Shown: positions 37,801 to 46,939, counted from the stretch's first letter. The stretch: 64,000 bases of DNA from an uncultured bacterium (GCA_964012435.1 CAXGSM010000006.1:53-64052), one strand, 5' to 3'. Numbers and translations: made by a program. The notes: a model not told the origin generated them from the letters alone.

Positions 37801-37903
37801 TTATGATCTTGAATTGCCAGCATGCAAGAAGGCAATTATTGAAAGTGCTTTTAATGAGTGTAGGAAAAATGAATCTTTTGAATCAGAATCCAATTTCTTT
37901 TAA
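34832..37903 (+). CDS. Large TPR/helical-repeat protein with a C-terminal atypical J-domain
   Basis: TPR-like segments. Near the C-terminus, YRDLGV....SEDDLESAYFQRIKNFTPERNPKEFRRIEEA....DP matches a DnaJ helix layout with TPE in place of HPD. Confidence 0.7.
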   Translation: MIFGFKQNPKKKILAFFKKGKSESAAEQLKVIWDELAVQDRLEILDSWPLKDSDKEMQQEWLSFVEKYAIGQGLLEDLENKIRKNVNNDFVFDYELWFKLAKEHKNDFFLVLATGNKTFPYGDYSSFLKNKIDPLLIFFLRRRLASELKIVKELLPFLKHLVKNDQDDMVKNLYVEYLFKNEIWEEKNMSLVQGYLVKNFNNVDFSDWVFQNLKAPLSGKWFDLLKKSFKNKPTLANKNLLAECCFEKGVYVDSLELEIANIGMQNKTTRLKAVDILLKSKKPKAQTIELLCLVSSERPSSEAILVFLIRHLQDEKLLDTLVANADFNKHLISEFLSRWKETNPVNLNLVVRVLQELLLLDLSLTKSEFKIFSSLTDQKVVFWLSSLAFLSGDFELVQDLISSMNQKMKSYFEYKMNLHFSNKKYDFLKNHFDSPWGLIDQAQYFESVSNFTKADDVYKQVSENKQYSGLFGRLKMAVKKTEVLTQSDFKKMKNISSLGLAELFFLNGLFYVEKSDWPQCEKFFKKAYEEEEDKRFLKSLIEVYYRWSSVLISEKKLAKAQAVIERGLSIGDDSRLLKNLILTNPKITSWNQIKKLQLKNIEDQLLSDYFWLAWRSGDYKNADNALRRCIPLSNSEIFTKRIARYYLEMPIPKNDDLKNKVWESLHVLNRPWLTAAIAVSQNEKPPFPKEIPSGIEKLLTGWSLMKIGQFENAQFHFSKLLNGPIKNLGTGIKRARSHIVLGYCFLNCKDLESAEEAWARSVHFGISNSLVSTLKFVIDLEKGVKKALAGRSPLKNYVKALNHPITKDAAEKNLAIHFTFSGDFLNAGKYWDSLVQNFSEKKSPEEEVWLDISIQMANYCHKVKDGKNINLIEMAALEDEVENIKKQLKSYRDLGVEPGVSEDDLESAYFQRIKNFTPERNPKEFRRIEEARQFIADPDLRLRTELFTQSGVKKDKLLQFLSFYECNPLDFFVDLVGDPDFCPELSFFKNYDLELPACKKAIIESAFNECRKNESFESESNFF

Positions 37904-37908
37904 CCACC

Positions 37909-38349
37909 ATGGGCAATGATTCTTTTTCTTGGAGCTGCTGTGGTTTTAAAAATGATTATCCAAAATCGCTTTTACCCATAGCTTTGTCTTTTGGTATAGC
38001 ATTTTTTATAAATTCAGTTCATTTTAGCCTTTACGAAGCTTTTTTTTGGGGCTGCATAATGGTTTTTTCTTGGATTAATTATTTTATCGAATTTGACTAT
38101 ATGCTTAATGATGGACATATCACAATAAAGTTTTTTAATAATTCAGCAAAGAAAGATTTGAATATGTTTAAATCAGCGCACTTTCACCTTAAGGGGGTTT
38201 ACCTCTCCCCAACAGCAAAAAAAAGTTTTTATGGAGGCTTAAAAGGTTCTTGGATATATTTACCTTCTGATGCCCAGGATAGAAAAAAAATAATTGATAT
38301 TATTTCAAAAAAAATCCAAATAGTTAAAAGTCATGATCTTATAAATTAG
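37909..38349 (+). CDS. Hypothetical membrane protein (two TM helices plus a small beta domain)
   Basis: Two hydrophobic helices, then a beta-rich (possibly PH-like) tail with GVYLSP. Confidence 0.6.
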   Translation: MGNDSFSWSCCGFKNDYPKSLLPIALSFGIAFFINSVHFSLYEAFFWGCIMVFSWINYFIEFDYMLNDGHITIKFFNNSAKKDLNMFKSAHFHLKGVYLSPTAKKSFYGGLKGSWIYLPSDAQDRKKIIDIISKKIQIVKSHDLIN

Positions 38350-38367
38350 GATTGCATATTAAGTATT

Positions 38368-38655
38368 ATGTTCAGGAAGATTTTTTCTGGTGAGAGCTGG
38401 CAGGCTGAAAGTGACGAAGATTTCGCTTCAAACATTGTTGATAATGGCTTAGGGGTGCCTTCAATATTTTTGCTAGAGGTTGCAAAACCTTTGAATGTTC
38501 TAGCCTCTTCAGCATTTACGGTTCTTTCCCCAGTTGGACACCTATTTTTTGACAGAGAAAAGTGGGATATTGTGCCGGATTTTTTTTCAGATAGAAAAAG
38601 AATTGAACAAATGATAAATTCAATAGAAAAGGAACTAGCTGCTCATGAATCATAA
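38368..38655 (+). CDS. Small hypothetical protein
   Basis: 95 aa with core GLGVPSIFLLEVAKPL. Overlaps the start of the next gene. Confidence 0.65.
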   Translation: MFRKIFSGESWQAESDEDFASNIVDNGLGVPSIFLLEVAKPLNVLASSAFTVLSPVGHLFFDREKWDIVPDFFSDRKRIEQMINSIEKELAAHES

Positions 38656-40423
38656 AAATTTCATTGCTACTGATTGTGGATCAACAACTACAAAAGCAAT
38701 TTATATCGAGAAAAAAAAGGATGGTTACAGGTTGGAAAAAAGAGGAGAAGCTCCTACAACAGTAGAGGCTCCTTTTGAAGATGTTACAGCAGGGGTAGTT
38801 AATTCTGTAGAAGAATTAGAAGAATTATCAAAAAAGACTTTCTTGTTAAAGGATGGAAAAGGTGTTATTAGACCTAATGATGGTAAAAAAGGTGTTGATG
38901 CTTATGTTTCAACATCATCTGCTGGTGGTGGTTTGCAGATGTTGGTGGCTGGTGTTGTGAAAGAGATGACTGCAGAAAGTGCAAACAGGGCCGCCTTGGG
39001 TGCTGGATCAATTGTGATGGACGCTCTTGCAATTAATGATGGCAGGAAGACATGGGAAAGAATTGAGTTAATTAGAAATTTAAGGCCAGATATGATCCTT
39101 CTTTCTGGCGGTACGGATGGTGGTGATGTTAATCATGTTGTTGAAATGGCAGAGGTAATCAAGGAAGCAAAACCAACATCAAGATTGGGTTCAGCTAAAT
39201 TACCAGTCATTTACGCTGGAAATATTGATGCCAGGAAGGCTATAAAAGAAATACTAGGTGAAGTTTGTGATTTATTCATTGTAGATAACCTTAGGCCAAC
39301 TCTTGAATCTGAAAATCTTGGACCAGCAAGAGAAAAGATTCATGAGTTGTTTATGGAGCATGTTATGCAACAAGCTCCTGGATATCCAAAATTGATATCT
39401 TGGACTGATGCTCCAATTATGCCTACTCCAGGTGCAGTAGGCTCTCTTATAGAAAGAATTGCTGAAAAGGAAAAGATTCAAGTCGTAGGTGTTGATATAG
39501 GCGGAGCAACTACAGATATTTTCAGTGTTTTTTCTGACAAGTTTAACCGAACTGTATCTGCTAATTTAGGAATGTCTTATTCCATTTCTCAGGTTATGGC
39601 TGAAGCTGGTTGGAAGAATGTTATGCGTTGGGTTCCTTTCGAGATGGATGAGCAAGATTTGAGAAACAGAATTAAAAATAAGATGATAAGACCAACCACC
39701 ATTCCTCAAACATTGGAAGAGTTGATTATCGAACAAGCATTAGCTAGAGAAGCCCTTTCTCTTTCTTTTGAGCATCATAAATCTTTGGCTGTTGGCCTCA
39801 AAGGTGTTCAGCAGCAAAGAACGATAGCAGATGCTTTTTCACAAAAATCTGGAGGAGAGTCATTAATTAAAATGTCAGATCTTGATTTGCTTATAGGTTC
39901 GGGAGGCGTTTTGTCACATGCTCCTAGAAGAGTCCAGTCAATGTCTATGCTAATTGATGCTTTTCAGCCTGAAGGGATTACTGAATTAGCAGTAGATAGT
40001 ATTTTTATGATGCCTCATCTAGGTGTTCTGTCAACTATAAATGCTGATGCTGCTGTTGAGGTTTTTGATAAAGATTGTTTGGTTAGATTGGGGACATGTG
40101 TTGCCCCAACAGGAGAAGTAAGGAAAGGAGAGTCTGTTTTGAAGGTTGAACTTGCAAATGGTGATTCTTTCGAGATGGGCTTTGGACAAATAAAACTCAT
40201 TGATTTAGGAGTTGGTGAAAAAATAGAAGGAAAATTAACTCCTGCAAAAAAGGTTGATTTAGGAGACGGCCCTGGTAAAGAGATGACTGTTAGTTTGACT
40301 GGTGGACAAGTGGGTGTCATTTTTGACACCAGGGGTAGACCTTTAAAAATATCTACAAATGAGGAGGAGAGGATCAAAAGTTTGAAAACTTGGCATGATA
40401 GTTTAAAGCTTTATCCGGAATAG
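38645..40423 (+). CDS. GlmL/MutL-family ASKHA-fold ATPase ('glutamate mutase L'-like)
   Basis: ATDCGSTTTK (phosphate 1), SSAGGGL, LLSGGTDGG, YAGN, MPTP, VDIGGATTD (phosphate 2), LGMSYS and IGSGGVL. Confidence 0.88.
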   Translation: MNHKNFIATDCGSTTTKAIYIEKKKDGYRLEKRGEAPTTVEAPFEDVTAGVVNSVEELEELSKKTFLLKDGKGVIRPNDGKKGVDAYVSTSSAGGGLQMLVAGVVKEMTAESANRAALGAGSIVMDALAINDGRKTWERIELIRNLRPDMILLSGGTDGGDVNHVVEMAEVIKEAKPTSRLGSAKLPVIYAGNIDARKAIKEILGEVCDLFIVDNLRPTLESENLGPAREKIHELFMEHVMQQAPGYPKLISWTDAPIMPTPGAVGSLIERIAEKEKIQVVGVDIGGATTDIFSVFSDKFNRTVSANLGMSYSISQVMAEAGWKNVMRWVPFEMDEQDLRNRIKNKMIRPTTIPQTLEELIIEQALAREALSLSFEHHKSLAVGLKGVQQQRTIADAFSQKSGGESLIKMSDLDLLIGSGGVLSHAPRRVQSMSMLIDAFQPEGITELAVDSIFMMPHLGVLSTINADAAVEVFDKDCLVRLGTCVAPTGEVRKGESVLKVELANGDSFEMGFGQIKLIDLGVGEKIEGKLTPAKKVDLGDGPGKEMTVSLTGGQVGVIFDTRGRPLKISTNEEERIKSLKTWHDSLKLYPE

Positions 40424-40427
40424 ATTT

Positions 40428-41546
40428 ATGGCACAAGCATTCACCCCAGGTTTAACCAGAGCAGCTGGTTTAAAAGTTATAAAAACAAGACGTTTGCCTC
40501 TTTTAGGTGAAACTCTTTTTAAGATTGGAGATAAAGTTTCAGCCACCGATGTTGTTGCTAGAACAGATTTGCCAGGACCTGTTTCAGTTTTAAAAATTTC
40601 TCATAGATTAGGTTGTCAGCCAAGTGAATTGAAGGATTTTATGTCTGTGAAAGAAGGAGATACTATCTCTAATGGCCAGGTTATTGCAGAAAGTAAAGGT
40701 TTTATGGGGTTTTTTAAATCAGAATTTAAATCTAATACTGATGGAATAATAGAAAGCATATCAAAAGTAAATGGCCAAGTTTACGTGAGGGGAACTCCTG
40801 TTCCAGTTGAAATGGAAGCTTATATTGATGGAAAAATTATTAATGTCATGAAGGATGAGGGCGTGATGGTTGAAACTGTTGCGACAATGGTTCAAGGCAT
40901 TTTTGGTGTGGGTGGAGAGACTGGAGGAAAATTAGTTTTTGGAGTTAACTCTCCATCTGATGTTTTGGCACCTTCTGACCTGAAAGAAGATATGAAGGAC
41001 TGTATTGTGATTGCTGGCGCATGTTTAACGCAAGAAACCATAATGAAAGCCAAATCCATCGGTGTTAGAGGTTTGGTAGGTGGAGCATTACATGATAAAG
41101 ACTTGAGGTCTTTTTTGGGTTATGACATAGGTGTTGCTATTACTGGTAATGAAAACATAGGTATAACTTTGGTAGCAACTGAGGGTTTCGGAGAGTTGAA
41201 AATGGATTCCAACACATGGAGTTTATTAAAATCATGTGAAGGTAAAAGAGCAAGCATAAATGGTGCCACACAAATCAGAGCAGGTGTTTTAAGGCCCGAA
41301 ATAATAATTCCCACGCCTGAAGAGAAGTCAAAAGATTCTGACAGTGGGGCCGGTTCATTGGAGACAGGCACTAAAATTGTTGTTATTAGAAACCCTTATT
41401 TTGGATTGACTGGCACTGTTTTAGAACTTATCGTTGAACCACAGAGGCTGGAATCAGAAGCCAAAGTAAGAGTTTTGAAAGTAAAATTAGAAAATGGAGA
41501 TGAGGCTATTGTGCCGCGTGCTAATATAGAAAGGCTAGCATCATGA
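40428..41546 (+). CDS. Uncharacterised soluble multidomain protein (barrel-sandwich-hybrid-like N-terminus, KOW/SH3-like C-terminus)
   Basis: FKIGDKVSATDVVA and VKEGDTISNGQVIA..SNTDGIIESI (lipoyl-like hairpins), QGIFGVGGE, GATQIRAGVLRPE, and C-terminal GTKIVVIRNPYFGLTGTV. Confidence 0.7.
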   Translation: MAQAFTPGLTRAAGLKVIKTRRLPLLGETLFKIGDKVSATDVVARTDLPGPVSVLKISHRLGCQPSELKDFMSVKEGDTISNGQVIAESKGFMGFFKSEFKSNTDGIIESISKVNGQVYVRGTPVPVEMEAYIDGKIINVMKDEGVMVETVATMVQGIFGVGGETGGKLVFGVNSPSDVLAPSDLKEDMKDCIVIAGACLTQETIMKAKSIGVRGLVGGALHDKDLRSFLGYDIGVAITGNENIGITLVATEGFGELKMDSNTWSLLKSCEGKRASINGATQIRAGVLRPEIIIPTPEEKSKDSDSGAGSLETGTKIVVIRNPYFGLTGTVLELIVEPQRLESEAKVRVLKVKLENGDEAIVPRANIERLAS

Positions 41547-42343
41547 TTTTTAATTTTCTTATTGCTTCGGATGCTTTTTTCAAAGCCGATCTTGAGGTGA
41601 CCTTAATTGCTTGTCTCTTGTTTATGGGAGCCATACTTTACACTCTGTCTAAAGCCAGAAGAGGAGCTGATCTTTATATACGTTCAATTCCAGGCTTAGA
41701 TGCTGTCAATGAAGCTATTGGACGAGCTACTGAAATGGGTAAACCGATACTTTATTGCCCCGGGTTATCAAGTGCAGCTGATGTTGCAACTTTGGCAAGT
41801 TTGAATATATTGGGCAGGGTTGCTCAAAGGGTTGCAAATTACGAAAGTCGTTTGATAGTCCCTCACAGAGACCCTATTGTCATGACTGTAGCAAAAGAAA
41901 CGCTGAAGGATGCTTATCTACAAGCCGGAAAACCTGAAATATTAAATGAAGAGGATAATTTCTTCATCACTGAAGATCAGTTTGGTTACACTGCTGCTGT
42001 TAATGGAATAATGGTAAGAGAAAGACCGGCGACTGTATTTCTACAAGGAATGTTTTTTGCTGAATCTTTATTGTTGGCTGAAACAGGAAACTCAATTGGT
42101 GCAATTCAAATTGCGGGAACTGATGCTGTGCATCAATTACCTTTCTTTGTTGCCTCTTGTGATTACACCCTTATTGGAGAGGAGCTTTATGCTGCTGGAG
42201 CATACCTATCAAAAGCTCCTGACTTGATGTCATCACTTAAAGCTGCTGATTTGATCAAAGGAGTCTTATGGGTTTTGATAGTTGTTGGTCTTGTTTTGAC
42301 ATTTTTAGGTAACGCATCTATTTTCGAGGTATTTGGCAAATGA
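41543..42343 (+). CDS. Membrane-anchored alpha/beta protein, DUF6754-like (module subunit A1)
   Basis: TM-soluble domain-TM architecture. Motifs GLDAVNEAIGRATEMGK, AESLLLAETG and CDYTLIGEELYAA. Confidence 0.75.
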   Translation: MIFNFLIASDAFFKADLEVTLIACLLFMGAILYTLSKARRGADLYIRSIPGLDAVNEAIGRATEMGKPILYCPGLSSAADVATLASLNILGRVAQRVANYESRLIVPHRDPIVMTVAKETLKDAYLQAGKPEILNEEDNFFITEDQFGYTAAVNGIMVRERPATVFLQGMFFAESLLLAETGNSIGAIQIAGTDAVHQLPFFVASCDYTLIGEELYAAGAYLSKAPDLMSSLKAADLIKGVLWVLIVVGLVLTFLGNASIFEVFGK

Positions 42344-43008
42344 AAACAAAACTTCCTGTAACTATTGCTTTTCTAACTGGCATATTCATGGCTTTCGCTT
42401 ATTTTGTTGAAAGAGATAATGTTGCATGGGTAAGGATTCTTTATGAAGAGCTGAACCAGAACAATATTGTTCTCGCTGTGTTTGTTTTATTTTTGGGTGT
42501 TGGTACACTTCTGATCCGTCATGCAAAAAAAATTAGAGACAGAAATTCTGATGCAATCTACTCTTGGGTGGTTATAGTTTCAACTCTTGCAGTCGCATAT
42601 ATTGGCTTGTTCCAGACTACTGGAGAAAGTATTGGAGCAAATGAAAATTTCCAATGGATATTTGATAATTTTCAGGTTCCGCTTTCTGCAACAATGTTTT
42701 CACTTCTAGCATTTTTTGTTGCAAGTGCTGCTTACAGAGCTTTTAGAGCAAGGAATACAGAAGCAACTTTATTGTTGATTGCTGCAGCGATAGTGATGAT
42801 AGGAAGAGTTCCTATTGGTTCGGTTATCTCCGATAGTTTAAACTTAACTGGATCTTTTTCATTACCTGCAATTGCTGAATGGATCTTGGATATTCCAAAT
42901 ACGGCTGCAAAAAGAGCTATAACTATTGGTATTGGATTAGGAATGACAGCTACTGCAATAAAGATTATTTTCGGTATAGAGAGAACTTATATGGGAAGTG
43001 GTAAATAA
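42340..43008 (+). CDS. Polytopic membrane protein (module subunit B1)
   Basis: About six TM helices. Motifs PLSATMFSLLAFF.ASAAYRAFRAR and WILDIPN.A.KRAI.IG.GLG. Confidence 0.75.
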   Translation: MKTKLPVTIAFLTGIFMAFAYFVERDNVAWVRILYEELNQNNIVLAVFVLFLGVGTLLIRHAKKIRDRNSDAIYSWVVIVSTLAVAYIGLFQTTGESIGANENFQWIFDNFQVPLSATMFSLLAFFVASAAYRAFRARNTEATLLLIAAAIVMIGRVPIGSVISDSLNLTGSFSLPAIAEWILDIPNTAAKRAITIGIGLGMTATAIKIIFGIERTYMGSGK

Positions 43009-43865
43009 TGAATATTTGGGATAGATTATCTTCGATTGATAGAAGGTGGATATTTCTTGCAATGGCTATTTTTGTTTCATGGCCAGTATTAAAACCTTTA
43101 GGTCTTCCAGTAACAACTACAAAGGAAGTTGAAAGTCTTTATAGTTTTATTGATGAAATTGAAGATAAGAAACCAATAGTTTTAGCTCTTGATTATGGTC
43201 CATCTACTGCTCCTGAATTAACACCTATGGCAAAAGCTGTTATGAGACATGCTGTTGATAGAGGAATTCCTGTTGTGGGTGTAAGTTTAGCTCCAGATGC
43301 TCCAGGGGTTGCAAATGATATTTGGCAATGGGCACAAGAAGAATTAGGTGCTGTTTTGGGTAAGGATATTGCATACCTTGGATACAAAGCAGGAACAACA
43401 AATGTTATCTTGCAGATGGGGCAAGGTATATCTAAGGCTTTTCCAAAGGATTATTATGGCAACAACACAGATGATTTGCCAATTATGGATGGCTTTAAAA
43501 GTTTAAAAGATGCCTCTCTTGTTCTAGGGCTTGAGGCGACTGCTATTATGGAGTTGTGGATTCAGTATGCCGGTGATCAAATGGGAGTTCCTGTTGCTGG
43601 TGGGATGACAGCGGTTTCTGCGCCTGAGGCTTATGTTTTTTATCAGTCAGGGCAGATAGTTGGTTTAATGGGGGGTATGAAAGGTGGAGCTGAGTATGAA
43701 CTCTTAGTTGGTGCACCTGGAAATGCTGTTCAAGGTATGGATGCTCAATCATTAGGGCATGTTGTTATTATTATTTTTATTATTTTTGGAAATCTTGGTT
43801 TTTTCTTAGGTAAAAAAGGTCAAGACGTCTCTAGGTTAAAGTCTTTAAGAGGTGAGCAGAAATGA
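43008..43865 (+). CDS. Membrane-anchored extracytoplasmic alpha/beta protein (module subunit C1)
   Basis: MNIWDRL.SIDRRWIF, then TM, DYGP...EL.P, GAEYE.L and a C-terminal TM with MDAQSLGH..IIFGN. Confidence 0.75.
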   Translation: MNIWDRLSSIDRRWIFLAMAIFVSWPVLKPLGLPVTTTKEVESLYSFIDEIEDKKPIVLALDYGPSTAPELTPMAKAVMRHAVDRGIPVVGVSLAPDAPGVANDIWQWAQEELGAVLGKDIAYLGYKAGTTNVILQMGQGISKAFPKDYYGNNTDDLPIMDGFKSLKDASLVLGLEATAIMELWIQYAGDQMGVPVAGGMTAVSAPEAYVFYQSGQIVGLMGGMKGGAEYELLVGAPGNAVQGMDAQSLGHVVIIIFIIFGNLGFFLGKKGQDVSRLKSLRGEQK

Positions 43866-44635
43866 TTTTTAACCTGATTGCACCTTTTAATACTACAGAA
43901 GGTTTAGGAATATGGATTGCTGCTTTCTTAACTTTATGTATTTTTTCTTTCCTGTATAAAGATAATCCTTTTTACAAATTTGCCGAACATTTATTTGTTG
44001 GTGTCTCTAGTGGATATTACATTTCCATCTATTACTGGAACACATTAAAACCGAACATGATTGATGAATTGAAAAAAGGTTTTGACGCTTTAGGTCAGGG
44101 TGATATGCAAAAAGCTTTTGGGCTTGATGAAAGCGGTGGCGTCATGGCTGAACCTCATTTAAGGATGCTGGTACCATTGATGCTAGGTATTTTTATATTG
44201 TTGATCTTTATATCTAGAAAACATGCTTGGTTATCAAGAATATCATTTGCTTGGTATATAGGTGTTGCAAGCGGAATAGCGATACCAACCGCTATGTCAA
44301 CCAGGGTTCTTTTACAGGCTCAAGGCTCCATAAGGGATTTTTGTTCATACAATTCTGAATGCGCCGCCTCTGCAGGTTTAGATCCACAAGTTGCAACTAC
44401 AGCACTATGGATCAATGCCTTTTTGCTTTTGATTGGAACTTTATCTGCTTTAGCTTATTTTTTCTTCAGCTTGCCTGCTAAAGGTGCGCTTAAGGTTATG
44501 AATAAGGTTGGAATTTACTTTTTAATGATTTCTTTTGGAGCTTCATTTGGATACACGGTTATGGCTCGTATAAGTTTGCTTATCGGCAGGCTGCAGTTTC
44601 TTTTTTATGAGTGGCTTGGTATTACTATTTCATGA
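43862..44635 (+). CDS. Polytopic membrane protein (module subunit D1)
   Basis: Motifs WIAA.LT..IFSFLYKDNP.FKFAEHL.VG and M..FGASFG.TVM.R.SLLI.R.QFL. Confidence 0.75.
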   Translation: MIFNLIAPFNTTEGLGIWIAAFLTLCIFSFLYKDNPFYKFAEHLFVGVSSGYYISIYYWNTLKPNMIDELKKGFDALGQGDMQKAFGLDESGGVMAEPHLRMLVPLMLGIFILLIFISRKHAWLSRISFAWYIGVASGIAIPTAMSTRVLLQAQGSIRDFCSYNSECAASAGLDPQVATTALWINAFLLLIGTLSALAYFFFSLPAKGALKVMNKVGIYFLMISFGASFGYTVMARISLLIGRLQFLFYEWLGITIS

Positions 44636-45441
44636 TTTTTAACTTTTTAAATTTAATGTTTCAGATTCAAGTAAAAGAGGGAATAGGTCCTGTTTTTTTT
44701 GTTTTAGTTCTTTTTGTCGCAGCTCTTTTTTTCTTTTTGGATAAAGCGAGAAAAGGCGCAACTTTTAAGATTAGAAAAATTGCTGGTCTTGATGCTGTTA
44801 ATGAAGCTATTGGAAGAGCTACTGAGATGGGAAAATCGATTCTTTACACAACAGGATTAGAAACTGCGAGTCACATAGCAACCATTGCTTCATTGACTAT
44901 TTTATCTAGGGTTGCTAAAAGAGCAGCAAGATATGGAACTAGATTACAGGTTCCTTCTTTTGACCCAATTGTTATGAGTTTAAGCCAGGAAATAGTACGA
45001 GAATCTTACCTTGAGGAAGGAATGATTGACAGTTTTGCAGGCGATGATATTTTTTATTTAACTCAAGAACAGTTTGCATACACTGCAGCTGTTGAAGGTG
45101 TTTTGGTTAGAGAAAAACCGGCAACCGTTTTTTTAATGGGTTATTTTTATGCAGAATCTTTATTGCTGGCTGAAACCGGAAATTCGATTGGAGCGATCCA
45201 GATTGCTGGAACAGATGCTGTTACACAGCTTCCATTTTTTATTGTTTCTTGTGATTACACGCTTATTGGTGAGGAGCTTTATGCAGCAAGTGCTTACCTG
45301 TCAGAGGATTCAAACATCATTTCATCCTTGAAGGCCCAGGATTTTGGAAAAGCTATATTGTGGATATTTTTGCTTTTAGGAAGCATTGCAACTTTTGCTG
45401 GTTCTACTAAATTTCTTTCGTTACTAGGAGCTTCAGTTTGA
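44632..45441 (+). CDS. DUF6754-like protein, second copy (A2)
   Basis: Paralog of 41543-42343, sharing GLDAVNEAIGRATEMGK and AESLLLAETGNSIGAIQIAGTDAV. Start moved to ATG 44632. Confidence 0.75.
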   Translation: MIFNFLNLMFQIQVKEGIGPVFFVLVLFVAALFFFLDKARKGATFKIRKIAGLDAVNEAIGRATEMGKSILYTTGLETASHIATIASLTILSRVAKRAARYGTRLQVPSFDPIVMSLSQEIVRESYLEEGMIDSFAGDDIFYLTQEQFAYTAAVEGVLVREKPATVFLMGYFYAESLLLAETGNSIGAIQIAGTDAVTQLPFFIVSCDYTLIGEELYAASAYLSEDSNIISSLKAQDFGKAILWIFLLLGSIATFAGSTKFLSLLGASV

Positions 45442-46082
45442 ACAATAGAGGCCCTCTTTTGATTGCATTTGTTTGCGGTATGCTTATGATGGCTGAATCC
45501 TTTCTTGAATGGTCTTGGCTGAACAGCTTTGCTGAATGGGTTCAAAAGTACTACATAATTATTGCTGCTTTTGCAATTGTTTTAGGTGTTGCAAGTTTAT
45601 TTAAACTTCATTTAGGAAAACTTAAAAGAAAAGAGGATGGTTGGAGATATTCTCTTGTAGTGTTTTTTGGTTTTTTTGCAATGATAATCACTGGTTTTTT
45701 TATGACAGATGGTGATCTTGTTGGAACTAAACATCCATGGAATGCTTGGTTGTATAACAATGTTCAACTTCCATTGGGCGCGACAATGTTTTCGCTTTTA
45801 GCATTTTTTATTGCAAGTGCAGCGTACAGAGCTTTTAGAGCGAGGTCTCTAGAGGCAACCTTATTGCTTGTAGCAGCATGTTTGGTTATGCTTGGTCAAG
45901 TCCCAATACTTACTGGAGGTATTTTTGATAACCTTCCTGAAATAAAACAATGGATATTAGATATTCCAAATATGGCCAGTAAAAGAGCGATCATGATTGG
46001 TGTTGGCTTGGGAATGATGTCAACAGCATTGAAGATTATTTTTGGGATTGAAAAAACCTATCTAGGCGGAAGTGAAGAATGA
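45438..46082 (+). CDS. Polytopic membrane protein, second copy (B2)
   Basis: Paralog of 42340-43008, sharing ATMFSLLAFF.ASAAYRAFRAR, WILDIPN and KIIFGIE.TY.G. Confidence 0.75.
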   Translation: MNNRGPLLIAFVCGMLMMAESFLEWSWLNSFAEWVQKYYIIIAAFAIVLGVASLFKLHLGKLKRKEDGWRYSLVVFFGFFAMIITGFFMTDGDLVGTKHPWNAWLYNNVQLPLGATMFSLLAFFIASAAYRAFRARSLEATLLLVAACLVMLGQVPILTGGIFDNLPEIKQWILDIPNMASKRAIMIGVGLGMMSTALKIIFGIEKTYLGGSEE

Positions 46083-46939
46083 ACATTTGGGATAGGCTGC
46101 AATCAATAGATAGGCGTTGGATTTTTTTGGTTATGTTTATTGTTATCATTATCCCGTTGATGAATCCAAAAAGCTTAGATATAAATGTTAGTGAGCCAAC
46201 AAGAAAAGCTTTTGAAAGAGTTGAAAATGTTCCTAGTGATAGTAATGTTTTAATATCTTGGGATTTCGATCCTGGAAGTCAAGCAGAATTGCTTCCAACT
46301 GCTAAAGCAATGTTACATCAATTGTTTAAAAAAGATGTAAACATTGTTGTCATCACCTTGTTGCCTGCTGCTCCAACTTTGGCTGATACAACCTTAAATG
46401 AAATTTCATCTATTTACAAGAAAGAAGAAGGGGTTGATTGGGTTAATCTTGGCTTCAAGCCAGGATTGGATATTGTTGTTAAGAGTATTGGAACAGATAT
46501 TTACGAAATCTTCCCCGCTGACGATAAGGGAAAAAGAATTGAAAGCATACCCTTGATGAAAGATATAAGAAATTATGATGCTTTTGATTTAGTTATTGAT
46601 TTAAGCGCTGGTTCAAGTGTTGATTTTTTTGTTGAGCAGGCTCATGGTAGATATGGTGTTGATCTTGTTGCTGCAGCAACTGGAGTGATGATTGGTGATT
46701 TTTATCCTTATCTAGAGGCAAACCAACTTCAAGGATTAGTAGGGGCTCTTGTAGGCGCTGCTGAATATGAGAAGCTAATGGAGATTTCTTACGGGCTTGA
46801 GCCCGATAAGGCAACTGCTGGGATGCAGGCTCAGGCAAAAGCTCATATCGCCATAATAATTTTTATAATTTTGGGCAATATTGGCTTTTTCGCAAAAAGA
46901 AAAAAAACTTCACCGAAATTGGAGAGTTTGAGTAAATGA
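46079..46939 (+). CDS. Membrane-anchored extracytoplasmic protein, second copy (C2)
   Basis: Paralog of 43008-43865, sharing MNIWDRL.SIDRRWIFL, AEYE.L and GM.AQ...H. Confidence 0.75.
   Translation: MNIWDRLQSIDRRWIFLVMFIVIIIPLMNPKSLDINVSEPTRKAFERVENVPSDSNVLISWDFDPGSQAELLPTAKAMLHQLFKKDVNIVVITLLPAAPTLADTTLNEISSIYKKEEGVDWVNLGFKPGLDIVVKSIGTDIYEIFPADDKGKRIESIPLMKDIRNYDAFDLVIDLSAGSSVDFFVEQAHGRYGVDLVAAATGVMIGDFYPYLEANQLQGLVGALVGAAEYEKLMEISYGLEPDKATAGMQAQAKAHIAIIIFIILGNIGFFAKRKKTSPKLESLSK

Noticed and set aside
38645-40423. Calling this glutamate mutase or DNA-repair MutL
   Set aside because: It has only ASKHA ATPase motifs, with no B12-binding DxHxxG, no mutase barrel and no GHKL motifs. The names are family labels.
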